Shown here piece by piece: positions 29,802 to 40,960 of a DNA stretch of 53,578 bases. Below the pieces are notes generated by a model. That model was not told where the DNA came from. It ran no database searches and saw only the letters and a program-made list of their open reading frames with translations. Position 1 is the first letter of the stretch. Every line of letters starts with the position of its first letter. Origin of the DNA: a virus (Duplodnaviria; Heunggongvirae; Uroviricota; Caudoviricetes); the IMG/VR virus record IMGVR_UViG_2671181188_000017; one strand, given 5' to 3'. A program made the position numbers and the translations under genes.

Positions 29802-30304
29802 CTGCGTCGTCGCTCAGGCTTCAGTGATTTACGTAATTCTCGCGCCAGAAAATAGCGTGTCCAGCTGCGGTTCTTTTCAAGCGTTTCCACCATAAAGTTA
29901 TTACGTGGAGCCAGCCGCCAGCCGCTGCCACCGGATGCACCACGATGATGACTACGACGACGTTTTGCTCCTCCCCGGACACCAAAAAACAGAAACGCCG
30001 GATAGAAGTCACCAGAGATCATCCGGTTCCCCTTCCCGTTGCGCTGGTTAGGGGCAATGCGTGTCATAAAACCGGCTCGCTTTTTACTGGCTCTCGGCAC
30101 CATGTAACCAATCGAACGAGCCAGGCGTCCGGTCTGATAACCGGGGTTTTCACCCGGTGCCGACCGCGCACGGCGCATCACCAGCCGACGGGCATCACGC
30201 ATATGACGCTGCCCAATCGTGACAAACGCCCGCCGGACACGGGCGCGGTTAAAGCGCATCTCGGCGGGCTGCTGAACATCAACGTGAAAAAAGGGAGTCG
30301 CCAT
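29798..30304 (-). CDS. HK97 gp10-like head-tail joining protein
   Basis: 168 aa, basic; position in the module. Confidence 0.5.
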   Translation of the reverse strand: MATPFFHVDVQQPAEMRFNRARVRRAFVTIGQRHMRDARRLVMRRARSAPGENPGYQTGRLARSIGYMVPRASKKRAGFMTRIAPNQRNGKGNRMISGDFYPAFLFFGVRGGAKRRRSHHRGASGGSGWRLAPRNNFMVETLEKNRSWTRYFLARELRKSLKPERRRR

Positions 30305-30689
30305 TGCTGCCTCCGTGACTCTGCGTAAATTCGCCCAGTTCCGTACACTCCAGCAGCAGAAAGCGCCGCGCCCCGTTCAGATCGCGCTGACGTTTCACCC
30401 GGTACACACTGTCATCACAGACCACCTCATAATCAGCAGTGATCCCGCGGCGGTAGCGAATGGTGATGTAATGGGTGATGGCGTCCCCGGTCTGCGCGGT
30501 TTCCTGCCAGGTGGTGGCACTGGTCTGGATAACCTTCGCCCATGCCCGGAACGCAACCGGGTATTGAGGCTCCACGCCAAAGTTATCCGCGGGCATATCC
30601 ACCCGCTGGCGGATCAGGACGCGTTTATTCAGTTCGCCGGGGTCCGGCAGTATGTAGGTTGCGCTGGTCTGCGCCTGACGAATTTTCAT
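30279..30689 (-). CDS. Head-tail adaptor / head closure protein
   Basis: 136 aa; position after the connector gene. Confidence 0.5.
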   Translation of the reverse strand: MKIRQAQTSATYILPDPGELNKRVLIRQRVDMPADNFGVEPQYPVAFRAWAKVIQTSATTWQETAQTGDAITHYITIRYRRGITADYEVVCDDSVYRVKRQRDLNGARRFLLLECTELGEFTQSHGGSNGDSLFSR

Positions 30690-31054
30690 AGTGGTATAAG
30701 GCGATAAGGAGCAACCAACCAGTTAAAACTCATTGGCAACTCCATTTTCTCAACGTCTGTAACCGTTGAGCGGTTTTCGTAGAAATGGCTGACAAGTAGC
30801 AGAAGTGCCAGCTTCACATCATCAGATATCACAAGCCCATCAGGATCATCCGCAGGCCTGTCATCTGCGGTTGCATACAACTTACGGTTAAGGAAGTTTT
30901 CCGTACGACTCTGAGCGGCCTTACCAAGCAGTTCAAGCAACTCATCTTCATCAGAGAAATCATCATCCAGACGGAGCTGAAGCTTAATCTCTTCCATTTT
31001 TAACAGCATAAAACCTCCTGTGCCCGCCAGAACGCGGGCACAAAAAAACCGCAT
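30686..31054 (-). CDS. Head-tail connector (gp6-like) protein
   Basis: 122 aa; first gene after the major capsid gene. Confidence 0.5.
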   Translation of the reverse strand: MRFFCARVLAGTGGFMLLKMEEIKLQLRLDDDFSDEDELLELLGKAAQSRTENFLNRKLYATADDRPADDPDGLVISDDVKLALLLLVSHFYENRSTVTDVEKMELPMSFNWLVAPYRLIPL

Positions 31055-31087
31055 TACGCGGCGTGCTGTATTACGTAAAAAGACTAA

Positions 31088-32317
31088 TCAACCACCAACG
31101 CTACCTTTCCCCACCAGCGCTTTAATGGCAGAGGTGTCTTCCAGGATACAGTCAAAACGATGGAAGGCCAGAAAACCGGTCTGATCATATTCCGCGTAAC
31201 GCTCAACCAGACGTTTAAGAATCATGTATCGCACACGACGGATAATGAAGCGATCAAAGTCACCACAGAACATGAATTTTTTACCCGCCCCGATATCATC
31301 AATTTCCTGATCAATGACATACGGTACATTCAACACTGAAGCAGGTGCCACACCAACAATATCCGGCAACCATAAAGGGCGTCCCTGACCGTCTTCCATC
31401 TCACTGATCAGTTTCAGCGTATTATCGTTAAACGCCAGGCGGAATTTCGGTCCGCGACGATATGCAGGATCAATGCTGTGTTTCAGAGCCAGAATTTCCT
31501 GCCACTTCACCGTATTTGCCGCGGCAGTCTGTGTTGTGCCGGTCACAGATGCGACCAGCCCTTTGGGTTGTTTAGGCGTACCAGCACCAGTTCCCTGAAT
31601 CAGATAACGGGCTTCACCACGACCAATACGTTCAGCAATGCGACGGGCAAGATAAGCTTCCATATCGATCGCACTGTCCTGCAGCAACTCATTAGACACA
31701 CGAATTATTTTCGATGTCATTTTGAGCGCCCCAAGGCTTCCCATACCGAAATCGGTGTCTTCTTCACCGGCTTCTTCATTTTCGCCCAGCAGAACACCAA
31801 CTTCGGAAGTACCATCAGCTGTTGCCCACTCCATAGTGCGACCGTCAGAAGTGGTAAGAATCTGCGCCACACTGGCGATGCCACCGTAGGATTTCATCTT
31901 CTCAACAACTTTCGCCAGGAATGTTTCTGGTACGGTATATCCGCCCTTTTCATCCTGAGCTACGCCCTGGGCACGAAGTTCACGCAACGCCTTTCGTTCT
32001 TCTGATGTCAGCTCACTGGCACCGTGACGCATCCACTTATCAAAAACCTGAGCTCGTTTCTCATCCTGTTGTGGATTGTTTTCCGGATCAAGATTCTGAC
32101 GCTGCTCTTCCTCATTGCTTTCAATGTACGCCTGATCCTGACGACGCAGTTCTTCTTCGCGTGCAATTCGTTCATCAAGCGCTTCCAGTTCGGATTTTGC
32201 TTTGTTCCACTCAGTGCGCTGCTCTTCCGTCCATGCGTTATCACCAATTTTTTCATTCAGGGCGCGCATGTCAGTTGCGATAGTATTACGTTTCTGTTTC
32301 AGTTCATGCAGTTTCAT
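31088..32317 (-). CDS. Major capsid protein (HK97 type)
   Basis: 409 aa, coiled-coil N-terminal delta region followed by the capsid domain; follows the prohead protease. Confidence 0.85.
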   Translation of the reverse strand: MKLHELKQKRNTIATDMRALNEKIGDNAWTEEQRTEWNKAKSELEALDERIAREEELRRQDQAYIESNEEEQRQNLDPENNPQQDEKRAQVFDKWMRHGASELTSEERKALRELRAQGVAQDEKGGYTVPETFLAKVVEKMKSYGGIASVAQILTTSDGRTMEWATADGTSEVGVLLGENEEAGEEDTDFGMGSLGALKMTSKIIRVSNELLQDSAIDMEAYLARRIAERIGRGEARYLIQGTGAGTPKQPKGLVASVTGTTQTAAANTVKWQEILALKHSIDPAYRRGPKFRLAFNDNTLKLISEMEDGQGRPLWLPDIVGVAPASVLNVPYVIDQEIDDIGAGKKFMFCGDFDRFIIRRVRYMILKRLVERYAEYDQTGFLAFHRFDCILEDTSAIKALVGKGSVGG

Positions 32318-32327
32318 GATGTTTCCT

Positions 32328-32987
32328 TTACGCGTTAAGAAGGGTCAGGACGCGTTCACGCGCCATACGTTGATTAATGGCTTTCTGTAGCGCGCCGCTG
32401 TTGCGCGCCTCCTGCCATGCTTTCATGGAGCGAACAGCCGAGTCAGCCTCCTGATAGGCAGGATATGTCACAGGACTGACATCCAGCAGACGGGAAAAGC
32501 GGGTTATCTCGCGAATAACAACCCCGTCCTCATCCTGATACCACTCCTCGCCGTCACGGGCGACACGGAAAGCAAAAGATGACTGGTTAATATCTCCACG
32601 TTGCATCGGGGCCAGCACCAGATCACGAATGGTCTGTGTCTCCGGAGCCTGGATGTCATAGCGCAATCCGCGCTCATCAACTGAAAGATTCAGCGTGCCT
32701 GCTGCACTACGCCCAAGAATAAAATTAGGATCGTGGTTAAACAGTGCGCGTACATCATCACCAAGCACATCGTCAAAAGCGCCGGGCCGGATGATTTCGC
32801 GGAATGAACCAAATATCAGCTCAGAACGACAGTCAAACACCGATCCATAACCGATAATGTGCGCAGGGTTATCGTCATGCCGCTCAGCACGCACCTCACC
32901 GCTGTAACAACGGATTTCACGGTCATTCATTGGTTTTTCCCTCATCATTTTTTGGGGGCTTAAAATCTCCTGCCGGGTTAGCAGCAT
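32328..32987 (-). CDS. Prohead maturation protease (HK97 type)
   Basis: 219 aa between portal and capsid genes. Confidence 0.8.
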   Translation of the reverse strand: MLLTRQEILSPQKMMREKPMNDREIRCYSGEVRAERHDDNPAHIIGYGSVFDCRSELIFGSFREIIRPGAFDDVLGDDVRALFNHDPNFILGRSAAGTLNLSVDERGLRYDIQAPETQTIRDLVLAPMQRGDINQSSFAFRVARDGEEWYQDEDGVVIREITRFSRLLDVSPVTYPAYQEADSAVRSMKAWQEARNSGALQKAINQRMARERVLTLLNA

Positions 32988-34149
32988 TCACGCTTACCAG
33001 CATCTCATCCAGCCCTTCAACCGGATTCATATCCTCGAATGCGCGGGCTTCATTACGGCTCATCCATCCATCGGTAATAGCGAAGTGATAGAATTGCGCG
33101 CGCTCCTGCGGAGTTCCGCGTAAAAGCCCCGTCAGATTGAACCTAACGTAATACCCGGCGGCTAACTCAGCGCGGGTAAACAAGCGACGGTTAAGCTCCT
33201 GCTCCCAGTTCGTTACCCACGGCATCATCGTGTAGCGGACAAACTGAATCGCCTGCGCAGAAATATTGGAGAAGGTGGCTTTTTCGAGGTCATTAATCAT
33301 GTGCGCAGGAATATTGAAAATACCGGCAATCATTGAACGGTTCAGTTTCATCATGTCAATGATCTGAGCGTCAACTGGCGACACAGTCAGTGCCTTGTAA
33401 TCCAGATCGGCTGGCAGCAGCATGGTTTTGTTTTCCTGGCTGCGTAACGCCTGCGATGCCTTCTGCCACTGATCTTTAAGCCAGCCCCAGCTGTCCTTAT
33501 TGAGTCCGCTTTTAACGGATACTATCCCCGCCGGACGGGCATTACCGCTGAAGAAGCTTTCTGTGTATTTCTGACCGCTCATCCCCATGCCTATTGTTTC
33601 GGCATGTTGCATAATCGGACTCAGCCCCATCTTCTGATTATTACCCAGCGCACGGATGTGGATCATATCGTCGGGGCTGATCGCAAACGCCCCATATTCG
33701 TTGTACAAACCGTAGGTATATCGGCCACCAGTATTCATCAGCGTCGTTTCCCACGGCATACAGCAATCCAGGGATATGACTTCACCGCGACGATTACGTT
33801 TCACCCAGGTATACCCATTCCCCCAGCCAAGGATGTGACGTTGCTTCAGTTCGCGCCATTTGTAACTGGTTTGCCAGGTATTGGGCTCATCATGAACCAG
33901 ATAAAACGCCGGATGATCGCGTGCGGGCTCAACCTTCCCATTGTGCCTGCGCATAACATGCAACGGCATCTGGGCAAGGCTGGAAGACAGGACATAGATA
34001 CAGGAATACACCGCAGCCAGTTTCATCGCAGTTTCAGGACTGACATAAACGTCTGTCCGGAACAGCCCATCAGTATCAACGGCATCCCCGGTTATCGGGG
34101 TGGAAGGATTCTCCAGTGATTTACTTCTGAACAGAGCATCAAGCAGCAC
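32923..34149 (-). CDS. Portal protein
   Basis: 408 aa downstream of the large terminase. Confidence 0.85.
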   Translation of the reverse strand: MLLDALFRSKSLENPSTPITGDAVDTDGLFRTDVYVSPETAMKLAAVYSCIYVLSSSLAQMPLHVMRRHNGKVEPARDHPAFYLVHDEPNTWQTSYKWRELKQRHILGWGNGYTWVKRNRRGEVISLDCCMPWETTLMNTGGRYTYGLYNEYGAFAISPDDMIHIRALGNNQKMGLSPIMQHAETIGMGMSGQKYTESFFSGNARPAGIVSVKSGLNKDSWGWLKDQWQKASQALRSQENKTMLLPADLDYKALTVSPVDAQIIDMMKLNRSMIAGIFNIPAHMINDLEKATFSNISAQAIQFVRYTMMPWVTNWEQELNRRLFTRAELAAGYYVRFNLTGLLRGTPQERAQFYHFAITDGWMSRNEARAFEDMNPVEGLDEMLVSVNAANPAGDFKPPKNDEGKTNE

Positions 34150-34296
34150 GCGTCCCCCTTCTGGCCATAGCCAGTGCGCCCACCAGCAGTAAACCGCCGG
34201 ACAGCATCAGAGCCGGAGCCATACCAAACTGCAGGTAAAACCCGCACGTAAGCAGGCCAAAACCAGCCAGCCCGATAACATCAGCAATTAGTGATT

Positions 34297-36030
34297 TCAT
34301 AGAATTAAGAGAGCATCGTCCGGATCAAGAGATGAGAGGAAATCGTCGGGTTCTTTGAGCATTGCCCGACCGATCGCCATAATCAGCGCAACCGCACCAT
34401 CGATTTTGTTTTCCGCCTGCTCCTTGACAGGCTTCACCACATCATCGTTACCCGGAATGGTTTTGCCGACCACGTTGCCGATACACCAGGTCATGATGGG
34501 ATTGCCGTCATGATGAAAGCGCCCCGATTCAATCGCCGCTTCCAGCTCTTTCATCGGATCGGACATGTTGGTGTAGTTCTGAATGATGGTGATGGGGTTC
34601 AGGTCTTCATCAGCAAGGTCATGCGACAGCCCGGTCGCCCCGAAGGGGTCGATGGGTGACTCACTGACCGGGCTGATTTTGTTCGCCGCTTTGGCCTCCT
34701 CGAGGATGTACCGATAATCCACCTCCGCACCAGCGGTAACAGTCAGAACGCCCATTTCCACCCATTTCTGAAAGCGTTCGGCTGTCCGGCGATCTTCATT
34801 TTTCTCGACGCTGTACACCGTGTCATACGGTACCCAGAAACGCGGGGCCACACTGTAGTAATGCGTTTTACCGTCAATCTCGCGGGTATAAAGTCGCGCC
34901 ATGCTGTTCATATCCAGCTTACGCGCCAGGTCAAAGGCCAGAATGCACGGCTGCCCCTCGAACTGCTCAAGGGTCAGTGATTTATCCTCGCAGCTCTGCC
35001 AGCTCACCAGGTTGAAATACGCCGAACGCGCCGACACCCAGATATTGAGGTGTTTTGTTTTAAAGACGTTTGCCAGACGGGCGTTATTTTTCGCACGCTG
35101 CTGCTGACTTAACAAAAATTCGCGATAAACCGACACGCCAATATTTGGATTGGCTTTTTCCAGCACCTGCGGGTCGATCCAGTCGTCACCTTCATCAACG
35201 GTATAGATGATCCCGAACAGTTCATCGTTGGGTACCGAACCGTTGAGCATCTCGATAACTTCCCGCCGCTTGTCGTAGCACGGCCCCTCAATGTTGTACC
35301 CGGCGGTGGTGATGGCCCACATCAGTGGCTGACGTCGCGCCCCCATCCCGGTAAGCATCGTGGTATAAAGCGCATCGGTGGCGTGCTCGTGATATTCATC
35401 CACCACCGCACAGTGGGGTGATGAACCATCACCAGGGTTACCGATCAGCGGTTCAAACCGCGCACCATCCTCCGGACGGTTCATGTTTGAGGCGTTAACC
35501 TCAATCCCGAACGCTTCCGTCAGCATGGGTGTGCGTTTACACATCAGTCGTGCCGGACGAAAGACTTCCCATGCCTGTTTCTCCGTCGTGGCACCGGAAT
35601 ACACTTCCGCGCCGAACTCGTTATCACAGGCAAAACAATACAGGGCGACACCGGCAGAGATTGCCGATTTGCCGTTCTTACGGGGGATTTCGGTATACAC
35701 CTCCCGGAAGCGGCGCAGCCGGGAGCCTTTATTGACCCAGCCAAACGCGCAGCAGATCACAAAGAGCTGCCACGGCTCCAGCGTGATGGGCATCCGTTTG
35801 AATGCCCACTCACCCTTGGTGTGCGGCAACAGCTGAATAAATTTCGCGGCCCGTTCAGCCAGGTCCTTGTCGAAGCGGTAACGAAACGACTTACTTTTTT
35901 CCGCCATCAGGTCATCAAGATGGCGCTGGCAGGCCTGAATCACAAACTGGCAGGCCACAATCTTTCCGCGCACGACATCACGGGCATACTGATTTGCAGC
36001 ATTTACGTTGGGGTAAGATTTCCGGCTCAT
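34297..36030 (-). CDS. Terminase large subunit
   Basis: 577 aa; N-terminal ATPase region and C-terminal nuclease region. Confidence 0.9.
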   Translation of the reverse strand: MSRKSYPNVNAANQYARDVVRGKIVACQFVIQACQRHLDDLMAEKSKSFRYRFDKDLAERAAKFIQLLPHTKGEWAFKRMPITLEPWQLFVICCAFGWVNKGSRLRRFREVYTEIPRKNGKSAISAGVALYCFACDNEFGAEVYSGATTEKQAWEVFRPARLMCKRTPMLTEAFGIEVNASNMNRPEDGARFEPLIGNPGDGSSPHCAVVDEYHEHATDALYTTMLTGMGARRQPLMWAITTAGYNIEGPCYDKRREVIEMLNGSVPNDELFGIIYTVDEGDDWIDPQVLEKANPNIGVSVYREFLLSQQQRAKNNARLANVFKTKHLNIWVSARSAYFNLVSWQSCEDKSLTLEQFEGQPCILAFDLARKLDMNSMARLYTREIDGKTHYYSVAPRFWVPYDTVYSVEKNEDRRTAERFQKWVEMGVLTVTAGAEVDYRYILEEAKAANKISPVSESPIDPFGATGLSHDLADEDLNPITIIQNYTNMSDPMKELEAAIESGRFHHDGNPIMTWCIGNVVGKTIPGNDDVVKPVKEQAENKIDGAVALIMAIGRAMLKEPDDFLSSLDPDDALLIL

Positions 36031-36530
36031 GATTCGATAATTTTCAGAAACGGGTTAGTGGCTTTCTTCTGCCCCGCCAGGCCAATCAGACGCTGGCGGC
36101 TGCTGGGGTCGAGTCCGAGCATTGCCCCCGTACTGCTCATCTCGGACTCCTGTTCTTTTTTGGCGGTCAGCTCCGGATTTTTGACCATGCCGCCCATTGC
36201 ACCGGTGATGGTGTTGCCCTGTCTGGCAATATTTTTCACGGCACGTCGCCAGAACTCATAGGCCACGCACCACCGCTCAAGCACCGCGAGGTCAGTCACG
36301 CACAGCAGGCCCTGACCGCAGAGTTCTTTGGTTGTCAGTTGCCACATGATCGTGGCGAGAGGGAGATCTTCTTCAGCGAACCACTCCGGTGGCTCAACAC
36401 CTTTGATGGGCGTAAAAACAGGTTCATCTTTGTTCAGGGCTCGCTTGCCGGGGTTTCCGGCCAGCGCCTTGCGCGCCGTTGGCTTGGGGCGACGCCCGGA
36501 ACGCCCCGCCGTTCCAGCCATATGCGGCAC
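36027..36530 (-). CDS. Terminase small subunit (P27-type)
   Basis: 167 aa, basic N-terminus; overlaps the large-subunit start. Confidence 0.7.
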   Translation of the reverse strand: MPHMAGTAGRSGRRPKPTARKALAGNPGKRALNKDEPVFTPIKGVEPPEWFAEEDLPLATIMWQLTTKELCGQGLLCVTDLAVLERWCVAYEFWRRAVKNIARQGNTITGAMGGMVKNPELTAKKEQESEMSSTGAMLGLDPSSRQRLIGLAGQKKATNPFLKIIES

Positions 36531-36646
36531 TCCTGGTTAAATTTCATTTTTCGCGGGTATAAAAAAACGATGGGGCGGGCAGTCCGGAAGACGTCAGGTC
36601 ACAGGGATTTGACCCGCCCCTCCCCTCTGGCAGTGGGAACTGGTTC

Positions 36647-36997
36647 TTACTTCAGCCGTTCACGGGCCGTCTTCGCCTTATGACACGGCCAGCACAGGCT
36701 CTGCAGATTGCTGTCGGCATCAGTGCCGCCATGCGCTTTAGGGATGATGTGGTCAACGGTTTTCGCCTCGCGCACCACACCGGCACGCAAACACAACTGA
36801 CACAGGCCTTTGTCACGCTTTAGTACACGCCCCCGGATAACATCCCATTTCGAACCATAACCGCGCTGGTGTCGGGACTGGCCTGGCTTGTATTGCTTCC
36901 AGCCCTCGCTTTTGTGGCTTTCGCAATAACCTGACGGGTCAGTCGTGGTATGGCGGCAGCCGCGAACTCGGCAGGCTTTTGGGGTTCGTGGTGGCAT
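36647..36997 (-). CDS. HNH endonuclease (terminase-associated)
   Basis: Track ORF 36647..37096, likely start MPPRTPKA; Cys pairs and DHIIP..GG..NLQSLCWPCH HNH motif. Confidence 0.8.
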   Translation of the reverse strand: MPPRTPKACRVRGCRHTTTDPSGYCESHKSEGWKQYKPGQSRHQRGYGSKWDVIRGRVLKRDKGLCQLCLRAGVVREAKTVDHIIPKAHGGTDADSNLQSLCWPCHKAKTARERLK

Positions 36998-37522
36998 ATG
37001 TACTCCAATGAAGAAGCTACCGACATAGCCTCCTCCATTCGTCGTGAAACTATTTTCATCTACCCAGTAATGAATTCTTTGAAGAGTTGTAATCAATACA
37101 ACTCGCTAATGGAGAGGCTTGTCTCACACGTGAGACAAGCTTCCTGTTTGATTTACTGGACACTATAGAAGGACAGAATGCCTTCCTCACTCGAATCACA
37201 TCAATTAAGGAGGTTCAACATGTTTCATTCCACAAGTCATCAGGCTGTAATTATGGCAGCATCAGTTTGTGCCACAGACCTTTTCCGCTTCACTTTGAGC
37301 CTGATTCATTTCTACCTGACCGGCTCGCCTCTATCTTTTTAATCCCCGCTTTATCCAAATTGCATTGCCAGAATGCCGACAACAGACTGACATTCAAATC
37401 CTGACTACCTCCAATAGTCTGACCGTACACCTATATAGTTTTAATTTTCATCAATCCATTTAACTATCGTTTAATTGTTGTCACATAGGATTCTGCCGTT
37501 TTTAACAATGCAGGATAATAAG

Positions 37523-37816
37523 ATGAAAAAAATGTTATTTTCTGCCGCTCTGGCAATGCTTATTACAGGATGTGCTCAACAGACGTTTACTGTTGGAAAC
37601 AAACCGACAGCAGTAACACCAAAGGAAACCATCACCCATCATTTCTTCGTTTCGGGAATTGGACAGGAGAAAACTGTTGATGCAGCCAAAATTTGTGGCG
37701 GCGCAGAAAATGTGGTTAAAACAGAAACCCAGCAAACATTCGTAAATGGATTGCTCGGTTTTATTACTTTAGGCATTTATACTCCGCTGGAAGCGCGGGT
37801 GTATTGCTCACAATAA
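37523..37816 (+). CDS. bor: Bor lipoprotein (lambda Bor-like)
   Basis: MKKMLFSAALAMLITGCAQQTFTV.. with lipobox LITGC; matches lambda Bor as recalled; track ORF 37475..37816. Confidence 0.85.
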   Translation: MKKMLFSAALAMLITGCAQQTFTVGNKPTAVTPKETITHHFFVSGIGQEKTVDAAKICGGAENVVKTETQQTFVNGLLGFITLGIYTPLEARVYCSQ

Positions 37817-37847
37817 TTGCATGAGTTGCCCATCGATATGGGCAGCG

Positions 37848-38309
37848 CTATCTGCACTGCTCATTAATATACTTCTGGGTTCCTTCCAGTTGTTTTTGCA
37901 TAGTGATCAGCCTCTCTCTGAGGGTGAAATAATCCCGTTCAGCGGTGTCTGCCAGTCGGGGGGAGGCTGCATTATCCACGCCGGAGGCGGTGGTGGCTTC
38001 ACGCACTGACTGACAGACTGCTTTGATGTGCAACCGACGACGACCAGCGGCAACATCATCACGCAGAGCATCATTTTCAGCTTTCGCATCAGCTAACTCC
38101 TTCGTGTATTTTGCATCGAGCGCAGCAACATCACGCTGACGCATCTGCATGTCAGTAATTGTCGAGTTCGCCAGCTTCAGTTCTCTGGCATTTTTGTCGC
38201 GCTGGGCTTTGTAGGTAATGGCGTTATCGCGGTAATGATTAACAGCCCATGACAAGCAAACGATGATGCAGATAACCAGAGCGGAAATAATCGCGGTTAC
38301 TCTGCTCAT
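37848..38309 (-). CDS. Rz i-spanin
   Basis: 153 aa, N-terminal TM segment plus coiled coil, directly downstream of the endolysin. Confidence 0.85.
   Translation of the reverse strand: MSRVTAIISALVICIIVCLSWAVNHYRDNAITYKAQRDKNARELKLANSTITDMQMRQRDVAALDAKYTKELADAKAENDALRDDVAAGRRRLHIKAVCQSVREATTASGVDNAASPRLADTAERDYFTLRERLITMQKQLEGTQKYINEQCR
37907..38089 (-). CDS. Rz1 o-spanin lipoprotein (embedded in Rz, +1 frame)
   Basis: 60 aa, lipobox VVGC, proline-rich, fully nested in Rz. Confidence 0.8.
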   Translation of the reverse strand: MRKLKMMLCVMMLPLVVVGCTSKQSVSQCVKPPPPPAWIMQPPPDWQTPLNGIISPSERG

Positions 38310-38782
38310 ACCTCAATCTCTCTGACCGTTCCGCCTGCTTCTTTGAATTTTGCAATCAGGCTGTCAGCCTTATGCTCGAACTGACCGTAACCAGCGCCCG
38401 GCAACGAAGCCCAGATATTGCTGCAACGGTCGATAGCCTGACGAATATCACCACGATCAATCATCGGTAAAGCGCCACGTTCTTTAATCTGCTGCAATGC
38501 CACAGCGTCCTGGCTTTTGGGGGAGAAGTCTTTCAAACCAAGCTGTTTACGGTAAGCATCCCACCAACGTGAAAGAAGCTGGTAACGTCCGGCGGCTGTT
38601 GATTTGAGTTTGGGGTTTAGCGTGACAAGTTTGCGAGGGTGATCGGAGTAATCAGTGAAGAGTTCACCACCGACAATAACGTCATAACCGTGGTTACGTG
38701 TCGGTTGTCGTCCGTTATCCGTTCCTTCTGACCAAGCCACCATATCAAGGAAAGCTTTACGCTGGGAATTTAGTACCTGCAT
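38306..38782 (-). CDS. Endolysin (lambda R-like lytic transglycosylase)
   Basis: ..[35 protein letters not shown].. is near-identical to lambda R as recalled. Confidence 0.9.
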   Translation of the reverse strand: MQVLNSQRKAFLDMVAWSEGTDNGRQPTRNHGYDVIVGGELFTDYSDHPRKLVTLNPKLKSTAAGRYQLLSRWWDAYRKQLGLKDFSPKSQDAVALQQIKERGALPMIDRGDIRQAIDRCSNIWASLPGAGYGQFEHKADSLIAKFKEAGGTVREIEV

Positions 38783-38785
38783 AAA

Positions 38786-39121
38786 TTACTCCTTAGAGCC
38801 ACCAAATTTGTTACCGATTACTCGCATTGCAGCCCCACGAATAGCATCGACACCGATCAGCCCCACCCCACCACCAATGGCAACAGAAAGTGATTTAGGC
38901 CATCCGACATACTCAAGAGCGGATGCAAAGGTCAGCGTCAGAGCGCCACATAGCAAAATCTCGAGCGTTTTTCGCTTCCAGCCACCACCACCGCCAAAAT
39001 AGGCGATGCGCAAACCAGCCATAACGATCGACATAATCACTGCACCCAGCGGTGTGTCTCCACGCCACCAGCTCTGAAACAACTCCAGCCAGTCCGGCCA
39101 GGTATTTGGGTTATGAGGCAT
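38786..39121 (-). CDS. Holin (lambda S-like class I)
   Basis: Track ORF 38786..39217; hydrophobic TM segments and charged C-terminus, immediately upstream of the endolysin. Confidence 0.7.
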   Translation of the reverse strand: MPHNPNTWPDWLELFQSWWRGDTPLGAVIMSIVMAGLRIAYFGGGGGWKRKTLEILLCGALTLTFASALEYVGWPKSLSVAIGGGVGLIGVDAIRGAAMRVIGNKFGGSKE

Positions 39122-39257
39122 TTCGTCATCTCTCACCTCGCGATATTTGCGGGTGCTGTGTTGGAAATAAAAAGGCCACGCAACGTGGCCACCAGAATTA
39201 TTTCCCCACCAGTTCACTTACCTCTTTCACCGTCTGATTAAACCGCTCTGACTCAAG

Positions 39258-39572
39258 TTAAACACCTAACGCCCGACGCCCCAGCGCCATTGCTGCTTTT
39301 ATTGTGGAACCGAATCCCATAAAGAAATCAGCAACCAGATCACCAGGTCGACTACTGGCATTGATTATTTGCCTGAGCATATCCGCCGGTTTCTCGCACG
39401 GATGTTTACCCGGGTAGAACTGAACGGGCTTATGCGTCCTGACATCGGTATAAGGCACGGAGACTGATACGGAGAAATAGCGCCGGTGAGATTTAAACTC
39501 ATCCAGCAATTCAGAAGATTTGCAATTCAGTGAATCATGAGATACCACCAACTGGTGGTAGGATTGTCTCAA
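39258..39572 (-). pseudogene. DNA methyltransferase fragment (C-terminal SAM-binding part only)
   Basis: 104-aa ORF ending ..GDLVADFFMGFGSTIKAAMALGRRALGV (motif-I-like), lacking a catalytic N-terminal domain. Confidence 0.55.
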
Positions 39573-39829
39573 CTAGTGAGCTTTATACATTTAAGTGCGA
39601 TGCACAGATAATAACCACGCCAATGGAATATCACACACAAAATTGATAGAACACTAACAATAAGCCACAAAATAATTCACAATTTATTTTTACAGTGGAT
39701 AAGTAGCAAAGTAGTGAATGTGAATAACGGCTAACTAAGATGAAACAAAAAGCCCCACAATATGTGGGGCTCCTTCGCGATTTATAGTAAAATAATCGAT
39801 TCTCTAGCTGAAAAAATCTTTAAAAATTA

Positions 39830-40063
39830 TCAGCAATACGCAAGTTTTTTACCGTCATCCGGTACTAGTTTGATCACTACACCAGGATTCTTACGCTCTA
39901 ACATCTGAGTTTGACTCCATGTAATACCAAAGGTTTCCATTGGAGATGCATTGCCAGCAAAGAGTTCGGCGACGACTTTAGCTGCCTCAATCTCTATCTG
40001 CTCATGATGTTTCATAAAAATCCCCTTGTTCAGCACTAAGCTGTAGTTGCTTCTTTGAAGCAT
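39830..40063 (-). CDS. Hypothetical small protein
   Basis: 77-aa ORF in the AT-rich moron region between Q and the lysis genes. Confidence 0.3.
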   Translation of the reverse strand: MLQRSNYSLVLNKGIFMKHHEQIEIEAAKVVAELFAGNASPMETFGITWSQTQMLERKNPGVVIKLVPDDGKKLAYC

Positions 40064-40206
40064 AAAGGCAACAAAGTTTGTTACCTGAAGATGTATAAAG
40101 TAAAGCGTAGTACATTTTGTGTGTGCTTTGTGTGGATCCAGATTGCATCAACTAAAAGAGGTTTTCAATACTTTTGTAATGATTCTGGAGAAATTAAGAA
40201 TCTAAC

Positions 40207-40749
40207 TCACACTGATTGGTTAGGTAAAACGCTCCTAAGCACCATTGCGCAACCACCTCGTTCGTAATCAGCAATGTACTCAAAACCACTTTCAGTATAG
40301 TATCTTATTGCCCCATCAACTGGACTAACTAAAGCTATCGAATCAATAGATTCACCCTGAAGGTTCAGAAATCGTGCATATGCAGAGAAGCAATCCAAAA
40401 CGATACCAAGCATCTGATGGTCTAGGTCTTCATGTGCATCATTACGTTTTTCCATCCAGCAAATATGCACCGCATTTTTCGGCTTACAGTAACACCCAAA
40501 TGCAAATCCAATAGGCTCCCCACGATAATAAACAACTAGTTTTATCGGGTGTTCTTCCATCATATCCATAAACACTCGCGACTTTAGTCCGGGATCCCAC
40601 CGCAGTTTATTGTTAGCCTTGAGGAACTCCATATCTTTTAGTACCAGCTCGTCGGCATATACGAGCCCTAACGACTTATGAGGGAAGCGCCCTTTTAAAT
40701 ACTCTGCAACATTTTTAAATACTGCTGTTTGGAAGGCTTGAAACATCAT
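40207..40749 (-). CDS. Hypothetical moron protein (possible GNAT-like acetyltransferase)
   Basis: 180 aa, AT-rich, between Q and the lysis cassette; weak GNAT-like pattern only. Confidence 0.4.
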   Translation of the reverse strand: MMFQAFQTAVFKNVAEYLKGRFPHKSLGLVYADELVLKDMEFLKANNKLRWDPGLKSRVFMDMMEEHPIKLVVYYRGEPIGFAFGCYCKPKNAVHICWMEKRNDAHEDLDHQMLGIVLDCFSAYARFLNLQGESIDSIALVSPVDGAIRYYTESGFEYIADYERGGCAMVLRSVLPNQSV

Positions 40750-40960
40750 GTCGATCCAGACGAGACGAAAGTTTAAATTCTACCTACTCGCCGAATACCA
40801 TTTCAATGCCACACATCTAAAATTCCGAAAAAAAACCCGCACATCAGCGGGTTTTCTACTTTTTATTAAAGCCGGACACACAATGCCTATCATTGAGAAA
40901 ATATTATCCATTTTTTTTGAAAAATGCAAGCATCATGTCGCCATTTTCGTCGAAAATCAT

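Noticed and set aside
19486-32390. Many plus-strand ORFs of 60-200 aa across the tail and head modules (for example 19542..19805, 25488..25817, 28299..28610, 29265..29855, 31478..32005)
   Set aside because: All lie antisense within long minus-strand structural genes that form an overlapping operon; no independent support.
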